From assembly GCA_021813725.1 (NCBI GenBank), contig JAKAJN010000001.1:12990-76989 (forward strand): DNA of 64,000 nt, in the 5' to 3' direction. This document shows, one piece after another, positions 42,191 to 51,255 of the stretch (positions are counted from its first letter, which is position 1; each line of letters starts with the position of its first letter). The position numbers and the translations under genes are program-made. This stretch comes from a bacterium. Its GTDB lineage: Bacteria; Gemmatimonadota; Gemmatimonadetes; Gemmatimonadales; Gemmatimonadaceae. Under the pieces are notes generated by a model. The model was not told where the DNA came from and searched no databases. It worked only from the letters and a program-made list of their open reading frames with translations.

Positions 42191-43300
42191 TTACGGCTTC
42201 GGCAGCTTGCCGCGCGTCCATTTGTCGAAGACTTCGAGCACCGGCAGCGCATTCCCTGCGTCGTCGAACATCCCGCGCGACCGGATGGGACTCGGCTCGA
42301 CCGCCGGCTCCCACCACATCACGCCCTTGCCCAGGCCGTAGGGCGTGTCGAGGACGAGTTGGTGAATGGTTTCGAGGAAATCGCGCTGGCCGGCGGGCGT
42401 TTCGGGGAACGGCGCGCGTTTCCCAACGTACTCTGACGGCCGGTAGTTGTACGCGACCTCCACGAGGATGATGGGCTTGCGGTAGCGCTCGGCCATCATC
42501 GCGAGGTTGTCGCGCAGCTCGAGCAGCGTGCCGTGCCACCACGGATAATATGACTGGCCGATCACGTCGAACTCGACGCCGCGCTGGAGCACGTTGTCGA
42601 ACCACCACCGTGTCCTTGCCGCATCGCCACCCTTGTCGATGTGGAGCATGATGAGCGGCGGCGGCGCGCTCCCCGCGCCCGCCTTCACCCCCCTGATCCC
42701 GGCCTTCAGCAGTTCCGCCAGCGTGTCCCAGTGCTCCGGCAGCTTGCCGGCGGGAAACATCATGCCCGGCGCGATCTCATTGCCCACCTGCACCATGTCG
42801 GGCATCGCGCCGCCGTCGCGCAGGGCGGCGATGGTCACGCGCGTGTACGCCTCGACGGCGCGCACGAGTTCAGCGGTGCCGAGCGTCTCCCAGGCCTTCG
42901 GCATGATCTGCTTGTCGCCGTCGGCCCAGGTGTCGGAGTAGTGGTAGTCGAGCAGGAACTTGTATCCCATCGCCTTCGCCTGCCGTGCCAGCGCCATCGT
43001 GTATGCGAGGTCATTCGGCAACGGCCACGGACTATTCGCCACGGTGTGAAACAGCCGCAGGCGGATCCAGTTGTAGCCGTGGTCGCGGAAGAGCTGCAGT
43101 CCCGGCTTCACCACGCCTGAATCCTTGAACGGCACGCCGCGCGCCTCAGCCTGCGCGAGGAAAGACAGATCGGCGCCGATGGCATAGTCGAGTGCGGGAC
43201 GGAGCGGTAGCGGCGCGTGCTGGGCGCGGGCGACGGCGGGTGGCGTCGCGACAACTGCAAGCGCGAGGCATGAACGCACGGCCATGGATGTCAGGCGCAT
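42191..43300 (-). CDS. GH53 arabinogalactan endo-beta-1,4-galactanase, secreted
   Basis: GADLSFL, YNWIRLRLF, LLDYHYSDTWADGDKQ..PKAW and MVQVGNEI are present. The signal peptide begins at MRLTSMAV... and the start is uncertain. Confidence 0.8.
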   Translation of the reverse strand: MRLTSMAVRSCLALAVVATPPAVARAQHAPLPLRPALDYAIGADLSFLAQAEARGVPFKDSGVVKPGLQLFRDHGYNWIRLRLFHTVANSPWPLPNDLAYTMALARQAKAMGYKFLLDYHYSDTWADGDKQIMPKAWETLGTAELVRAVEAYTRVTIAALRDGGAMPDMVQVGNEIAPGMMFPAGKLPEHWDTLAELLKAGIRGVKAGAGSAPPPLIMLHIDKGGDAARTRWWFDNVLQRGVEFDVIGQSYYPWWHGTLLELRDNLAMMAERYRKPIILVEVAYNYRPSEYVGKRAPFPETPAGQRDFLETIHQLVLDTPYGLGKGVMWWEPAVEPSPIRSRGMFDDAGNALPVLEVFDKWTRGKLPKP

Positions 43301-43479
43301 CGGGGCAGGGAGAAGGGAGATTGCGTGCGGGGCAGCCAGCCGAACCACTGCGTCCGGAGTATGAGCACACGCGGCGCGCGCCGCCACAGCGGGGTGCCGA
43401 CGCTGTCGGGGAGCCACGCACCCCGCGTGAATGCCTTGCCGACTCATCTTGAGGTTGCACCCTACATTTCGCGGCGCCC

Positions 43480-43495
43480 CCAAACGCTAGTTTGG
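43480..43495. promoter_or_regulatory. Perfect 16-bp palindrome CCAAACGCTAGTTTGG, ending 52 nt upstream of the hoxF ATG (candidate operator)
   Basis: Read directly from the sequence. No binding-protein family is assigned. Confidence 0.25.
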
Positions 43496-43547
43496 CGACA
43501 CGGTACGGAGACACCCGTGCCGATGGCCAACGGCCAGGGAGTCGGAC

Positions 43548-45410
43548 ATGTGGCGTGAGGAAGCGCCCCCCGCCTTGGATGCCGTTCACGAGATTCTCGG
43601 ATCCCACGAACGCGACCCCGGCGAGCTGCTGCAGGTGCTCATCAAGGTGCAGCACTGCTACCACTACGTGCCGGACGGCGCGGTGGCGCTGATCGCCGAA
43701 CACCTGCGGGTCACGCGCGCCCATGTGCGCGGCGTCACCGGATTCTACTCGTTCCTCAGCGACCACTATCTGGGCGAGTACGTCGTGTATTGCAGCGACA
43801 ACATCACGGATCGCATGCAGGGGAGCACGGGGCTCGCCACGTATCTCTGCAACCGCCTCAACGTAAAGTTGGGCGACACGCGTGCCGACGGGCGCGTCAG
43901 TGTGCACTACACCTCGTGCACCGGCCTGTGCGATCAGGGGCCGGCGGCGCTGGTCAACGGCCTGGCCGTGACGCGCCTCACGCGGCTGCGGATGGACTTG
44001 ATCGCCGAGCTCATCAACAAGCGCGCGCCGCTCGGGACGTGGCCCTCGGAGCTCTTCCTGGTGGAGGACAACTTCCGGCGGTCGGACGTGATGTTTCGGC
44101 GCTCCTTCGAGCCCGGCGCGGCGCTGCAGGCGGCGATGCGCCGGGGCGGCGACGACACACTGCGCGACATCCAGCACGAGGAGGCCGTGGATCCGTCGTC
44201 AGGCCATGCCTGGCGCCGCGGTGCCGACGAGACGCTCAAGGAACTCTATCGCTCGGACCTGCGCGGCCGCGGTGGGGCAGGCTTCAAGGCGGCGATCAAG
44301 TGGGAGACGTGCCGCGACATCTCCGCGCCGGAGCGGTACGTCGTCTGCAACGCCGACGAGGGTGAACCCGGCACGTTCAAGGATCGCGTGCTTCTCACCA
44401 CGTACACGGACATGGTCTTCGAGGGCATGACGGTCTGCGGCTATGTGGTCGGCGCGACGCGCGGCATCCTCTACATTCGGCAGGAGTACTGGTACCTCAA
44501 GTCGCACCTCGAGGAGGTCATTGCGCGGCGGCGCGACGCGAACCTGCTCGGTCGCAACATCCTCGGCACCGGCTTCGCGTTCGACATAGACATTCACTGG
44601 GGGGCGGGGGCGTACATCGCCGGGATGGAGACGGCGCTCATCGAGAGCATCGAGGGGCGCCGCGCCAAGCCGCGCAAGCGCTGGCCCCTACCCGTGGTCG
44701 CCGGCCTCAACCGCCGTCCCACGGTCGTCAACAACGTCGAGACCTTCGCTGCGGCGGCGATGATCGCCCTGAAGGGCGGCGCCTGGTTCGCCGGGCACGG
44801 CACCGCGCATTCGGCGGGGACGAAGCTCTTCTGCGTCTCCGGCGACTGCGAGCGTCCGGGAATCTACGAGTATCCGTTCGGCGTCAGCGTGCGGGAGGTG
44901 CTGCGCGACTGCGGCGGACTCGACGCGCAGGCCGTGCAGGTCAGCGGGCCGTCGGGCGTGACGATCACGCGCATCGAGTTCGATCGCAACCTGGCGTTCG
45001 AGGACCTGTCGACGGTCGGGACGTTCATGATCTTCGGCCCGCAGCGCGACCTGTTTGACGTCGTCTGCAACTTCACGCACTTCTTCCGGCACGAGAGCTG
45101 CGGACTGTGCACGCCGTGCCGCGTGGGCACCAGCCTGCTGGCGAACCTCGTGGACAAGGTGGCGGCGGGAAAGGGGAGTCCGATGGACATCGCCGAGGTC
45201 GAGCGCATCAGCCAACTGCTCAAGACCACGGCGCACTGCGGCCTCGGACAGACCGCGCCGAACCACCTGATCGACAGCCTGCTGAAGTTCCGCGCCGAGT
45301 GGGACAAGCGGATGGTGACCACCGACTTCGTGCCGGCCTTCGATCTCGATGCTGCGCTCCACGAAGCGCGTCAGCTGACCGGGCGCGACGACGCCCTGGC
45401 GCACTTGTGA
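43548..45410 (+). CDS. hoxF: NAD-reducing [NiFe] hydrogenase diaphorase subunit HoxF (NuoE-like + NuoF-like)
   Basis: The ATG is preceded by AGGGAG. GRGGAGFKAAIKW, YVVCNADEGEPGTFKDR and ESCGLCTPCR are present. Confidence 0.85.
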   Translation: MWREEAPPALDAVHEILGSHERDPGELLQVLIKVQHCYHYVPDGAVALIAEHLRVTRAHVRGVTGFYSFLSDHYLGEYVVYCSDNITDRMQGSTGLATYLCNRLNVKLGDTRADGRVSVHYTSCTGLCDQGPAALVNGLAVTRLTRLRMDLIAELINKRAPLGTWPSELFLVEDNFRRSDVMFRRSFEPGAALQAAMRRGGDDTLRDIQHEEAVDPSSGHAWRRGADETLKELYRSDLRGRGGAGFKAAIKWETCRDISAPERYVVCNADEGEPGTFKDRVLLTTYTDMVFEGMTVCGYVVGATRGILYIRQEYWYLKSHLEEVIARRRDANLLGRNILGTGFAFDIDIHWGAGAYIAGMETALIESIEGRRAKPRKRWPLPVVAGLNRRPTVVNNVETFAAAAMIALKGGAWFAGHGTAHSAGTKLFCVSGDCERPGIYEYPFGVSVREVLRDCGGLDAQAVQVSGPSGVTITRIEFDRNLAFEDLSTVGTFMIFGPQRDLFDVVCNFTHFFRHESCGLCTPCRVGTSLLANLVDKVAAGKGSPMDIAEVERISQLLKTTAHCGLGQTAPNHLIDSLLKFRAEWDKRMVTTDFVPAFDLDAALHEARQLTGRDDALAHL

Positions 45411-45420
45411 GGACCATACG

Positions 45421-46161
45421 ATGAGTCCGGACCCCAGGAAGACCTTTCGGCTGGACGGTCGCGAGATTCCGTTCCGCGAGGGGCAGTCGGTGTTCGACGC
45501 GGCGATGGCCGCCGGCGTCTACATCCCGCACCTGTGCCACAATCCCGACTTTGAACCGCACAGCAGCTGCCGGCTCTGCACGGTGATCGTGAACGGGCGC
45601 CCGTTCGCGTCGTGCACGCAGCCGGCGGTGGCGGGGCAGGATGTGAAGAGTGACACGCCCGAACTCAACGAGATGCGGCGCTCGCTCACGGAGATGCTGC
45701 TGGTGGAGGGCAACCACTACTGCCCCGCCTGCGAGAAGAGCGGAAGCTGTCGTTTGCAGGCCACCGCTTACGCGCTGGGGCTGCAGGACACCCACTTCCC
45801 GCAGTTCTTTCCGCATCGTGACGTGGATGCCTCGCATCCCGACATCATCCTCGACCGCGACCGCTGCATTCTGTGCGGCCTCTGCGTCCGCATCAGCCGC
45901 ACGGTGGACCGCAAGAACGTCTTTGCCATGACGGGGCGGGGGATCGCCACGACGATCGTCGTGGATTCTCCCTCGGGCCTGCTCGCCGACAGCCGCGTGT
46001 CGCGTGACGACGAGTCGGTGAAGCACTGTCCGGTCGGCGCCCTGATGATGAAGGGCGAGGCGTTCAAGATCCCCATTGGGGAGCGCCCGTACGACAAGGC
46101 ACTCATCTCGGAAGACAGCGTGGCGCAATTCCAGGCGCGGGAGGCCGCCGCCCATGGCTAG
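45421..46161 (+). CDS. hoxU: Diaphorase Fe-S subunit HoxU (NuoG N-terminal-like)
   Basis: CHNPDFEPHSSCRLC (2Fe-2S), HYCPACEKSGSC and CILCGLCVRIS are present. Confidence 0.85.
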   Translation: MSPDPRKTFRLDGREIPFREGQSVFDAAMAAGVYIPHLCHNPDFEPHSSCRLCTVIVNGRPFASCTQPAVAGQDVKSDTPELNEMRRSLTEMLLVEGNHYCPACEKSGSCRLQATAYALGLQDTHFPQFFPHRDVDASHPDIILDRDRCILCGLCVRISRTVDRKNVFAMTGRGIATTIVVDSPSGLLADSRVSRDDESVKHCPVGALMMKGEAFKIPIGERPYDKALISEDSVAQFQAREAAAHG

Positions 46162-46696
46162 CAAGCGCAAGATCGCCACCTGCTCGCTGGCGGGATGCTT
46201 CGGATGCCACATGTCGCTGCTCGACATCGACGAGCGGCTCCTCGACCTGCTCGAGCTGGCCGAGTTCGACCGCAGTCCGATCAACGACATCAAGGAGATC
46301 AAGGGGATGGTGGACATCGGGCTCGTCGAGGGCGGCCTGTGCAATGCCGAGACGGTGCGCGTGCTCCATCACTTCCGCGACCACTGCCGCGTGCTCGTGT
46401 CGGTGGGCGAATGCGCGCTGACCGGCGGCATTCCGTCCATGCGCAACCATCACAGCCTGAAGGCCTGCCTCGAGGAGTCATACATCCGCGGCGTCGGAGT
46501 CGAGAATGCGCACATCCCCGACGACCCCGAACTGCCGCTGCTGCTCGACAAGGTCTATCCGCTGCACGAGGTGGTGACGGTGGACTATCACGTCCCGGGG
46601 TGCCCTCCATCGGCCGATGCGCTCTGGCACGTGCTGAGCGCACTCGTCGCGGGGCGCGACCCGCACCTGCCCCCTGCGCTGCTGAAGTACGACTGA
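46154..46696 (+). CDS. hoxY: [NiFe] hydrogenase small subunit HoxY
   Basis: MASKRKIATCSLAGCFGCHMSLLD and GCPP near the C-terminus are present. The gene overlaps hoxU by 8 nt. Confidence 0.85.
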   Translation: MASKRKIATCSLAGCFGCHMSLLDIDERLLDLLELAEFDRSPINDIKEIKGMVDIGLVEGGLCNAETVRVLHHFRDHCRVLVSVGECALTGGIPSMRNHHSLKACLEESYIRGVGVENAHIPDDPELPLLLDKVYPLHEVVTVDYHVPGCPPSADALWHVLSALVAGRDPHLPPALLKYD

Positions 46697-46708
46697 CGGG
46701 AGACGTCC

Positions 46709-48202
46709 GTGACTCACGTGCTGGAGACCGCCGCCCATCCCCGCGCCCTGCGCCGCGTGGCCATCGAACCGCTCACGCGGGTGGAAGGGCACGGCAAGGT
46801 GACGATTCTCCTCGACGAGCAGCACCGCGTGCATCAGGCACGGCTGCATATCGTCGAGTTCCGCGGCTTCGAGAAATTCATCCAGGGCCGGCCCTACTGG
46901 GAGGTGCCGGTGCTGGTGCAGCGGCTCTGCGGCATCTGCCCCGTGAGCCACCATCTGGCCGCCGGCAAGGCGGTGGACATGCTGGTTGGCGCGCGTCAAC
47001 TCACGCCGAGCGCCGAGAAGCTCCGCCGCCTGCTGCACAAGGGGCAGCTGCTGCAGTCGCATGCGCTGCATTTCTTCCACCTCGCGAGCCCCGACCTGCT
47101 CTTCGGCTTCGAGGCGGAGCCGGAGCGGCGCAACATCATCGGCGTGATCGGCGAGCATCCCGAACTCGCCGTGCGCGGCGTGAAGCTCCGCAAGTTCGGG
47201 CAGGAGGTCATCCGCGCCGTCGCGGGCAAGCGCATCCACGGCACCGCGTGCGTGCCCGGCGGGATGAACAAGCCGCTGGCCGCCGCCGATCGCGACGCCC
47301 TGCGCGGCGAGGTCGCGCAGATCGTCCGGTGGAGCCAGGAGGCGGTGCGGACGTGTCGCGACCTGCTCGACGCGAGTCCGCATGCGCCGATCTTTGGCGT
47401 CTTTCCGTCGAACTTCCTCAGTCTCATCCGGCCCGACGGCGCGCTCGACTTCTACGACGGCGGGTTGCGCGCCCGCAGTGCGAGCGGGGAGCTGATCTTC
47501 GACCACGTCGACTACACGCACTACAACCGCTTCATCCACGAAGAAGTGAAGTCGTGGTCGTACATGAAATTCCCCTTCATCATCAACCTCGGCGATGAGG
47601 ACGGCTGGTACCGCGTCGGTCCGCTGGCGCGACTGAACAACTGCGACGCACTCGACACCGTCTTCGCCGAGCACGAGCGGCAGCTATTCCGACAGGCGGC
47701 CAACGGCGGGATGCAGCATGCCACGCTGGCGTACCACTGGGCGCGGATGATCGAAATGCTCCACGCCGCGGAGGGGATCGAGCGCCTGCTGGACGATCCG
47801 GAGATCCTCGGCACCGACCTCGTGACGCGCGGCGAGCGTGCCTTCGAGGGGGTGGGCGTAATCGAGGCGCCGCGCGGCACGCTGTTCCATCACTATCGCG
47901 TGGACGAGAACGACGTCGTGGTGCGCGCCAACCTCATTGTCAGCACCACCAACAACAACCAGGCGATGAACGAGGCGGTGCGGCAGGTGGCGGCCAGCTA
48001 TCTCGACGGCCAGCAGCTCACGGAAGGGTTGCTCAATCACATCGAGGTGGCTGTGCGCGCCTTCGATCCGTGCCTCTCGTGCGCGACGCACGCGTTGGGC
48101 CGCATGCCACTGCGGGTGGAGCTCGTGGATGCGGACGGGGTGGTGGTGGACCGGCTGGTCAAGGGAAGCGACGGCCGGTGCACGCGGGACGACGCCGTCT
48201 GA
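46709..48202 (+). CDS. hoxH: [NiFe] hydrogenase large subunit HoxH
   Basis: RVEGHGKV, RLCGICPVSHH and the C-terminal DPCLSCATH are present. Confidence 0.9.
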   Translation: MTHVLETAAHPRALRRVAIEPLTRVEGHGKVTILLDEQHRVHQARLHIVEFRGFEKFIQGRPYWEVPVLVQRLCGICPVSHHLAAGKAVDMLVGARQLTPSAEKLRRLLHKGQLLQSHALHFFHLASPDLLFGFEAEPERRNIIGVIGEHPELAVRGVKLRKFGQEVIRAVAGKRIHGTACVPGGMNKPLAAADRDALRGEVAQIVRWSQEAVRTCRDLLDASPHAPIFGVFPSNFLSLIRPDGALDFYDGGLRARSASGELIFDHVDYTHYNRFIHEEVKSWSYMKFPFIINLGDEDGWYRVGPLARLNNCDALDTVFAEHERQLFRQAANGGMQHATLAYHWARMIEMLHAAEGIERLLDDPEILGTDLVTRGERAFEGVGVIEAPRGTLFHHYRVDENDVVVRANLIVSTTNNNQAMNEAVRQVAASYLDGQQLTEGLLNHIEVAVRAFDPCLSCATHALGRMPLRVELVDADGVVVDRLVKGSDGRCTRDDAV

Positions 48203-48693
48203 TGGCGCCGCGCATCGTCCTGCTCGGGTGCGGCAATCCCAGTCGCGGCGACGACGCGCTCGGGCCTGCGCTGCTGGCGCGGGTCCGTCAGTGGCTGTGC
48301 GATCGTCCTGACCTGAACGTGCGCGTGGTGGAGGACTACCAACTGCAGGTGGAGCACGCGCTCGATCTCGCCGAGGCCGATCTCGTGCTCTTCATTGATG
48401 CCGATGTCGCGGCGCACGCCCCCTTTGTCCTGCGACGCACGACGGGGCGGCGTGACGCGTCGTTCACGACGCACGCCCTCTCGCCGGAGGCGGTGCTGCA
48501 CGTGGCGCGCGAGGTGCTGGGACGCGAGCCGCCGCCCGCCTGGGTGCTTGGCGTGCGTGGCGAGGAGTTCGCGCTGGGCGCGCCGCTCAGCACCAACGCG
48601 CTGGGGCATCTCGAAGTCGCGTGGGACGAAGTGCTGGAACTGCTGGATGACGCCCGCGCCCGGGCGTGGGACGCGCGGGCGGCCGGATGGTGA
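48202..48693 (+). CDS. hoxW: Hydrogenase maturation endopeptidase HoxW/HybD family
   Basis: IVLLGCGNPSRGDDALGPAL is present. The ATG overlaps the hoxH stop. Confidence 0.8.
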   Translation: MAPRIVLLGCGNPSRGDDALGPALLARVRQWLCDRPDLNVRVVEDYQLQVEHALDLAEADLVLFIDADVAAHAPFVLRRTTGRRDASFTTHALSPEAVLHVAREVLGREPPPAWVLGVRGEEFALGAPLSTNALGHLEVAWDEVLELLDDARARAWDARAAGW

Positions 48694-48748
48694 CATCCGG
48701 ATGCCGGCCAGGGACGCCGCGCGCCGCGAGCGTGACTAGCTTGCAGTC

Positions 48749-49465
48749 GTGACGATCTACGGCTGGATGGCGGCAGTACTCATCATCGCAGTGGGCGCGG
48801 CGGTGCAGGGTTCGGTGGGATTCGGACTCGGCGTCGTCGGTGCGCCCATCCTGATCCTCATCGAGCCGCGGCTGGTGCCGGGTCCCATTCTGCTCGATGC
48901 GCTGCTGCTCACCTTCCTCGTCACGGTGCGCGAGTGGAGGCACGTGCGCGTCTCCGACCTGGGCTGGTCCGTGCCCGGGCGACTGCTGGGCACGGTGCTC
49001 GCCGTCTGGATCCTCAAGGTCGTTCCGGCGGCGCGCCTCGAGTTCACGATGGGTCTCTTCATGCTGCTCGCCGTCGCGATGACGATGGTCGGTCCGCGCG
49101 TGAAGGTCGGGCGTCGCAGCCTGTTTGGTGCCGGCACGCTGGCGGGTGTGATGTCCACCATCACGTCCATGGGCGGACCGCCGATGGCCCTGCTGTATCA
49201 GCACGAAGAGGGGGCGCGCCTGCGCGGCACGCTCGCCGCCTTCTTCGCCCTCGGGGTGCTGCTCTCACTCGCTGGCCTCGCCGCCGTCGGCCGCTTCGGA
49301 TGGGTCGAGGTGCGTCTGGCCGGGCTGCTGCTGCCCGGCGTCCTGCTCGGCTTTGCCCTGTCCGCCTGGACGGCGGATCGGCTCGACAAGCGCCACACGC
49401 GCGCCGTCGTGCTCACCACCTCCGCCGTCGCCGGCGCCATCGTGGTGCTGAAGGGACTGCTTTAG
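48749..49465 (+). CDS. TauE/SafE-family anion exporter membrane protein
   Basis: This is a polytopic protein with AVQGSVGFGLGVVGAPILI and SMGGPPMALLY. Confidence 0.75.
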   Translation: MTIYGWMAAVLIIAVGAAVQGSVGFGLGVVGAPILILIEPRLVPGPILLDALLLTFLVTVREWRHVRVSDLGWSVPGRLLGTVLAVWILKVVPAARLEFTMGLFMLLAVAMTMVGPRVKVGRRSLFGAGTLAGVMSTITSMGGPPMALLYQHEEGARLRGTLAAFFALGVLLSLAGLAAVGRFGWVEVRLAGLLLPGVLLGFALSAWTADRLDKRHTRAVVLTTSAVAGAIVVLKGLL

Positions 49466-51051
49466 CGTCGCGGCGTCGCCTCGTCGATGAACGTGCGCAG
49501 GTCGGCCCGCAGCTTCTGCATCGACGCGGCGTCGATGTACATCATGTGGCCCGCGGTGAAGTGATCGACCTGGATGCGGTTTCTCCGCACTCCGTCCTCC
49601 AGCGTCATATGGTCGAGGGTGTACTGCACAGCCCAGTACGGCGTCGCCATGTCGTAGTAGCCCATCGCCACGTACAAGTGCATGTCGGGGTTCTTCGCGA
49701 ACGCGCGCTCCAGGCTCGGCACGACGTTCGGATAACTTCCCTCGTCGTACCGCCAGCGACCGACGCCGCCCCCGAGGATGTAGTACAGGTCGTCGCTCTT
49801 GTAGCCCAGCTCGCGGCGCACGTAGTCGTTGAGCACCGGCGTGAACGAGTTGCGGATGCTCGCGTCGCTCGGGTCGAAGTTGGTGCGACCGCCCAGCGGA
49901 TCCTGCATGAACGCGGTGAGCCGGCTGTCGAGGCGTCCGCTCATCCGGCGCTGGTCGCGCAGCAGTTCGACGCTGAAGCGGCCGAGTTCGAGCCGCAGGT
50001 CGGCATCACTGACGATCTGCTCGGTCATGCCCGTGAAGCGCGCGATCTTGCGCCCGACCGCTTGGCGGTCGGCAGCGGGAAGCGCGTCGCCCTTCATCAG
50101 GGCGGCGGCGTACTCGCCGCTTGCGAACTGCTCGGCCTGCCGCGCGAACTCCTCAAGGGGAAGCCGCTGCAAGTCGGGCGCCGCCTTCTTGTGGTAGTAC
50201 GCGGTCATCGCGAACGACGGGAAGAATCCCACGTAGGCGACGTCGTTGCCGCGGTGGGGGCGCGAGTTCTCGAAGTTCAGCACGGCGCTCAGCAGGATCA
50301 CGCCGTTGAGGGCGATGCCGTTGTCCGTGAGGTATCCCGCCAAGTGCGCGGCGCGCGTCGTACCGTAGCTCTCGCCGGCGATGAATTTGGGGCTCGTCCA
50401 GCGTCCGTTGCGTGACAGATATAGGCGAATGAACTCCGCCACCGACCGCATGTCCTCGTCGAGTCCCCAGAACTTCGGGCCATTCGCTGCCGAGGTGGCG
50501 CGACTGTAGCCGGTGCCCACGGGATCGAGGAAGACCAGATCGGTCTGGTCGAGCAGAGTGTTGGGATTGTCCACGTAACTGGCCGGCGGCGGCGGATTGG
50601 TGCCGTCGGGGTTCAGCTTGACCACCTTCGGACCGAACGCCCCCATGTGCAGCCAGACGGTTGCCGATCCCGGCCCGCCGTTGAAAACGAAGGTGATCGG
50701 GCGCGTGGCCGACTCCGCGCCATCCTTGGTGTACGCGACGTAGAAGATGTTGCCTTCGGTCTCGCCGCCCTGCGGATTGCGAATCGGCAGCATCGCCGCC
50801 GTGGCGGTGTACCGGAAGTCGCCGGCGCCGCGCAGCGTGTGGTGCGTGACCGCCGGCGTCTCGTCATCGGCGCGGCGCGACGGCGCGGCGGCACGTGCGG
50901 TGGTCGAATCCGGGCGCGCGGCGGGCGCGACCGCCGCCGTCGGTGGCACCTCCGCCGTCGGGCGCACGGCGCCGCCACGTCCGCCCGGCCGGGCGCCGCC
51001 CTGGGCGAAGAGAGGAGTCGCGACCAGCAACAGCAGGGACAGTGGACGCAT
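49462..51051 (-). CDS. Secreted S10-family serine carboxypeptidase-like protein
   Basis: The signal peptide is MRPLSLLLLVATPLFAQG. FNGGPGSATVW and the catalytic GESYG are present. Only the 3' part of the 1050-aa track ORF is used. Confidence 0.8.
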   Translation of the reverse strand: MRPLSLLLLVATPLFAQGGARPGGRGGAVRPTAEVPPTAAVAPAARPDSTTARAAAPSRRADDETPAVTHHTLRGAGDFRYTATAAMLPIRNPQGGETEGNIFYVAYTKDGAESATRPITFVFNGGPGSATVWLHMGAFGPKVVKLNPDGTNPPPPASYVDNPNTLLDQTDLVFLDPVGTGYSRATSAANGPKFWGLDEDMRSVAEFIRLYLSRNGRWTSPKFIAGESYGTTRAAHLAGYLTDNGIALNGVILLSAVLNFENSRPHRGNDVAYVGFFPSFAMTAYYHKKAAPDLQRLPLEEFARQAEQFASGEYAAALMKGDALPAADRQAVGRKIARFTGMTEQIVSDADLRLELGRFSVELLRDQRRMSGRLDSRLTAFMQDPLGGRTNFDPSDASIRNSFTPVLNDYVRRELGYKSDDLYYILGGGVGRWRYDEGSYPNVVPSLERAFAKNPDMHLYVAMGYYDMATPYWAVQYTLDHMTLEDGVRRNRIQVDHFTAGHMMYIDAASMQKLRADLRTFIDEATPRR

Positions 51052-51255
51052 GGCAACAGCCTCACGGGAGCGGGATGGCGCGCCGGTGCGCGGCGCGCAG
51101 GTCGAGCAGCGACCATACCGGTACGACGTGTGACCCCGAAACGTTGGCGTCTCGACGCCGTCGCCTCGAGCGGGCGCACGTCGCACCCATCGGCCACGGC
51201 GATCGCTATATTCTCCCGGTTCGCGCGCCAGCAGTCGACCCCGGAGGATCACCGC

